From Candidatus Zixiibacteriota bacterium (GTDB lineage Bacteria; RBG-13-66-14; B26-G2; WVWN01): a stretch of 64,000 bases of DNA. The notes beneath the pieces are model-generated. The model saw nothing but the letters and a program-made list of their open reading frames with translations. It made no database searches and had not been told where the DNA came from. Location: NCBI GenBank assembly GCA_030613505.1, contig JAUWLW010000009.1, positions 1,110-65,109 of the forward strand, written 5' to 3'. A program made the position numbers and the translations under genes. Of this stretch, positions 63,468-64,000 are shown piece by piece. The stretch's first letter is position 1; each line of letters begins with the position of its first letter.

Positions 63468-64000
63468 GTTCTCGCCGCCGGAGTATAAATATCCTCGTCG
63501 GCGCGGCCGCGGGTACGACGCGGGTCAAGGCCGCCAGTAAACGCCGGAGCGGCCGCCACCGCGGCACGACGTCGTCCGCGGCGAATTTACGGGGGTCCGC
63601 GACCAACGCGGCTGTGTATTCCCGCACGCCGAACGGCTCAAGTAATTGAAAGAGTTTACGGTAGCTCAAAAGGTCCACGTCGTATTCCTCGGCCCGCCCG
63701 GCCGCGCGTAAATACGCGTTCGCGGCGCGCCGCGGCAGCCAGGAGAGGAACGGCAAATGGTAGTGAGGCTCGAGTAATTGGTACTTGCCGGCCGCCGCTA
63801 AGTAAACCACGGCGTTCGGCTTGAGCAGGCGGCGGACTTCGGCGAAGAACGTCCCGACGTCGCGGACGTGCTCGTAGACGTGGTTGACGATTATCAAATC
63901 GAAAGCGCCGTCGTCGAAAGGAAGGCGCGGCGACGCGTGGCGTACGAATTCAAGGTTGGAGTAACGGAAGCGGCGCGCGGCGTCGATAGCGACGGCGTCG
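63457..64000 (-). CDS. Class I SAM-dependent methyltransferase, 5'-partial (continues beyond the window end).
   Basis: 'PFDDGAFDLIIVNHVYEHVRDVGTFFAEVRRLLKPNAVVYLAA' is the methyltransferase-type-11 post-I/II motif. The frame is open to nt 64000. Confidence 0.55.
   Translation of the reverse strand, partial: DAVAIDAARRFRYSNLEFVRHASPRLPFDDGAFDLIIVNHVYEHVRDVGTFFAEVRRLLKPNAVVYLAAAGKYQLLEPHYHLPFLSWLPRRAANAYLRAAGRAEEYDVDLLSYRKLFQLLEPFGVREYTAALVADPRKFAADDVVPRWRPLRRLLAALTRVVPAAAPTRIFILRRREHDN

Overview
This is a high-GC (about 65%) bacterial chromosomal segment that is densely coding on both strands. No rRNA, CRISPR array, transposase or integrase is visible.

Most genes are housekeeping:
- Protein export and cofactors: tatA, coaX, queH, nadB, yajC.
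- DNA maintenance and segregation: mutL, a ParA-family ATPase, ruvX.
- Methionine and methylthioadenosine metabolism: a split methionine synthase (a stand-alone activation domain followed by metH), mtnP.
- UDP-xylose sugar-nucleotide cluster: an SDR epimerase/dehydratase, ugd, uxs.
- Envelope and stress: an M50 site-2 protease, mrp/apbC, ddl, an HD hydrolase, pcm, and a YbjN-like/PspA/membrane-protein envelope-stress triad.
- Translation and amino-acid metabolism: hisS, a histidine ammonia-lyase-type MIO enzyme, a KamA-type radical-SAM aminomutase, proline dehydrogenase.
- Transport and glycan: lctP, a BMP-family substrate-binding lipoprotein, a polyprenyl-phosphate sugar transferase.

Two tRNA-Ser genes (anticodons CGA and GGA) lie about 300 nt apart, next to a truncated DUF72 remnant.

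The accessory content is dominated by secreted proteases:
- a 5'-truncated gingipain-like C25 peptidase;
- a metzincin-like HExxH protease behind a perfect sigma70 promoter and a Fur box;
- two tandem, partly gene-converted M14 carboxypeptidases.
All four end in the same roughly 80-90 aa C-terminal sorting domain (FlgD-Ig / T9SS-CTD-like). The C25 gene is followed directly by a PorV/FadL-like outer-membrane barrel.

The most unusual gene encodes a 1019-aa protein with a signal peptide, an HExxH...E gluzincin peptidase domain, a TolB-like PD40 beta-propeller, an acidic linker and a C-terminal Omp85 (BamA/TamA/PlpD-like) beta-barrel. That architecture fits a type Vd-like self-exporting protease. 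The gene is overlapped by an upstream lipoprotein gene and a downstream ferredoxin gene.

Other candidates worth a second look are a 1181-aa all-coiled-coil protein directly upstream of an orphan ParA ATPase, two paralogous exported double-zinc-ribbon proteins next to a beta-barrel protein, the MIO-lyase/hisS and KamA-extension locus, and a QueG-like 4Fe-4S protein that coexists with QueH.
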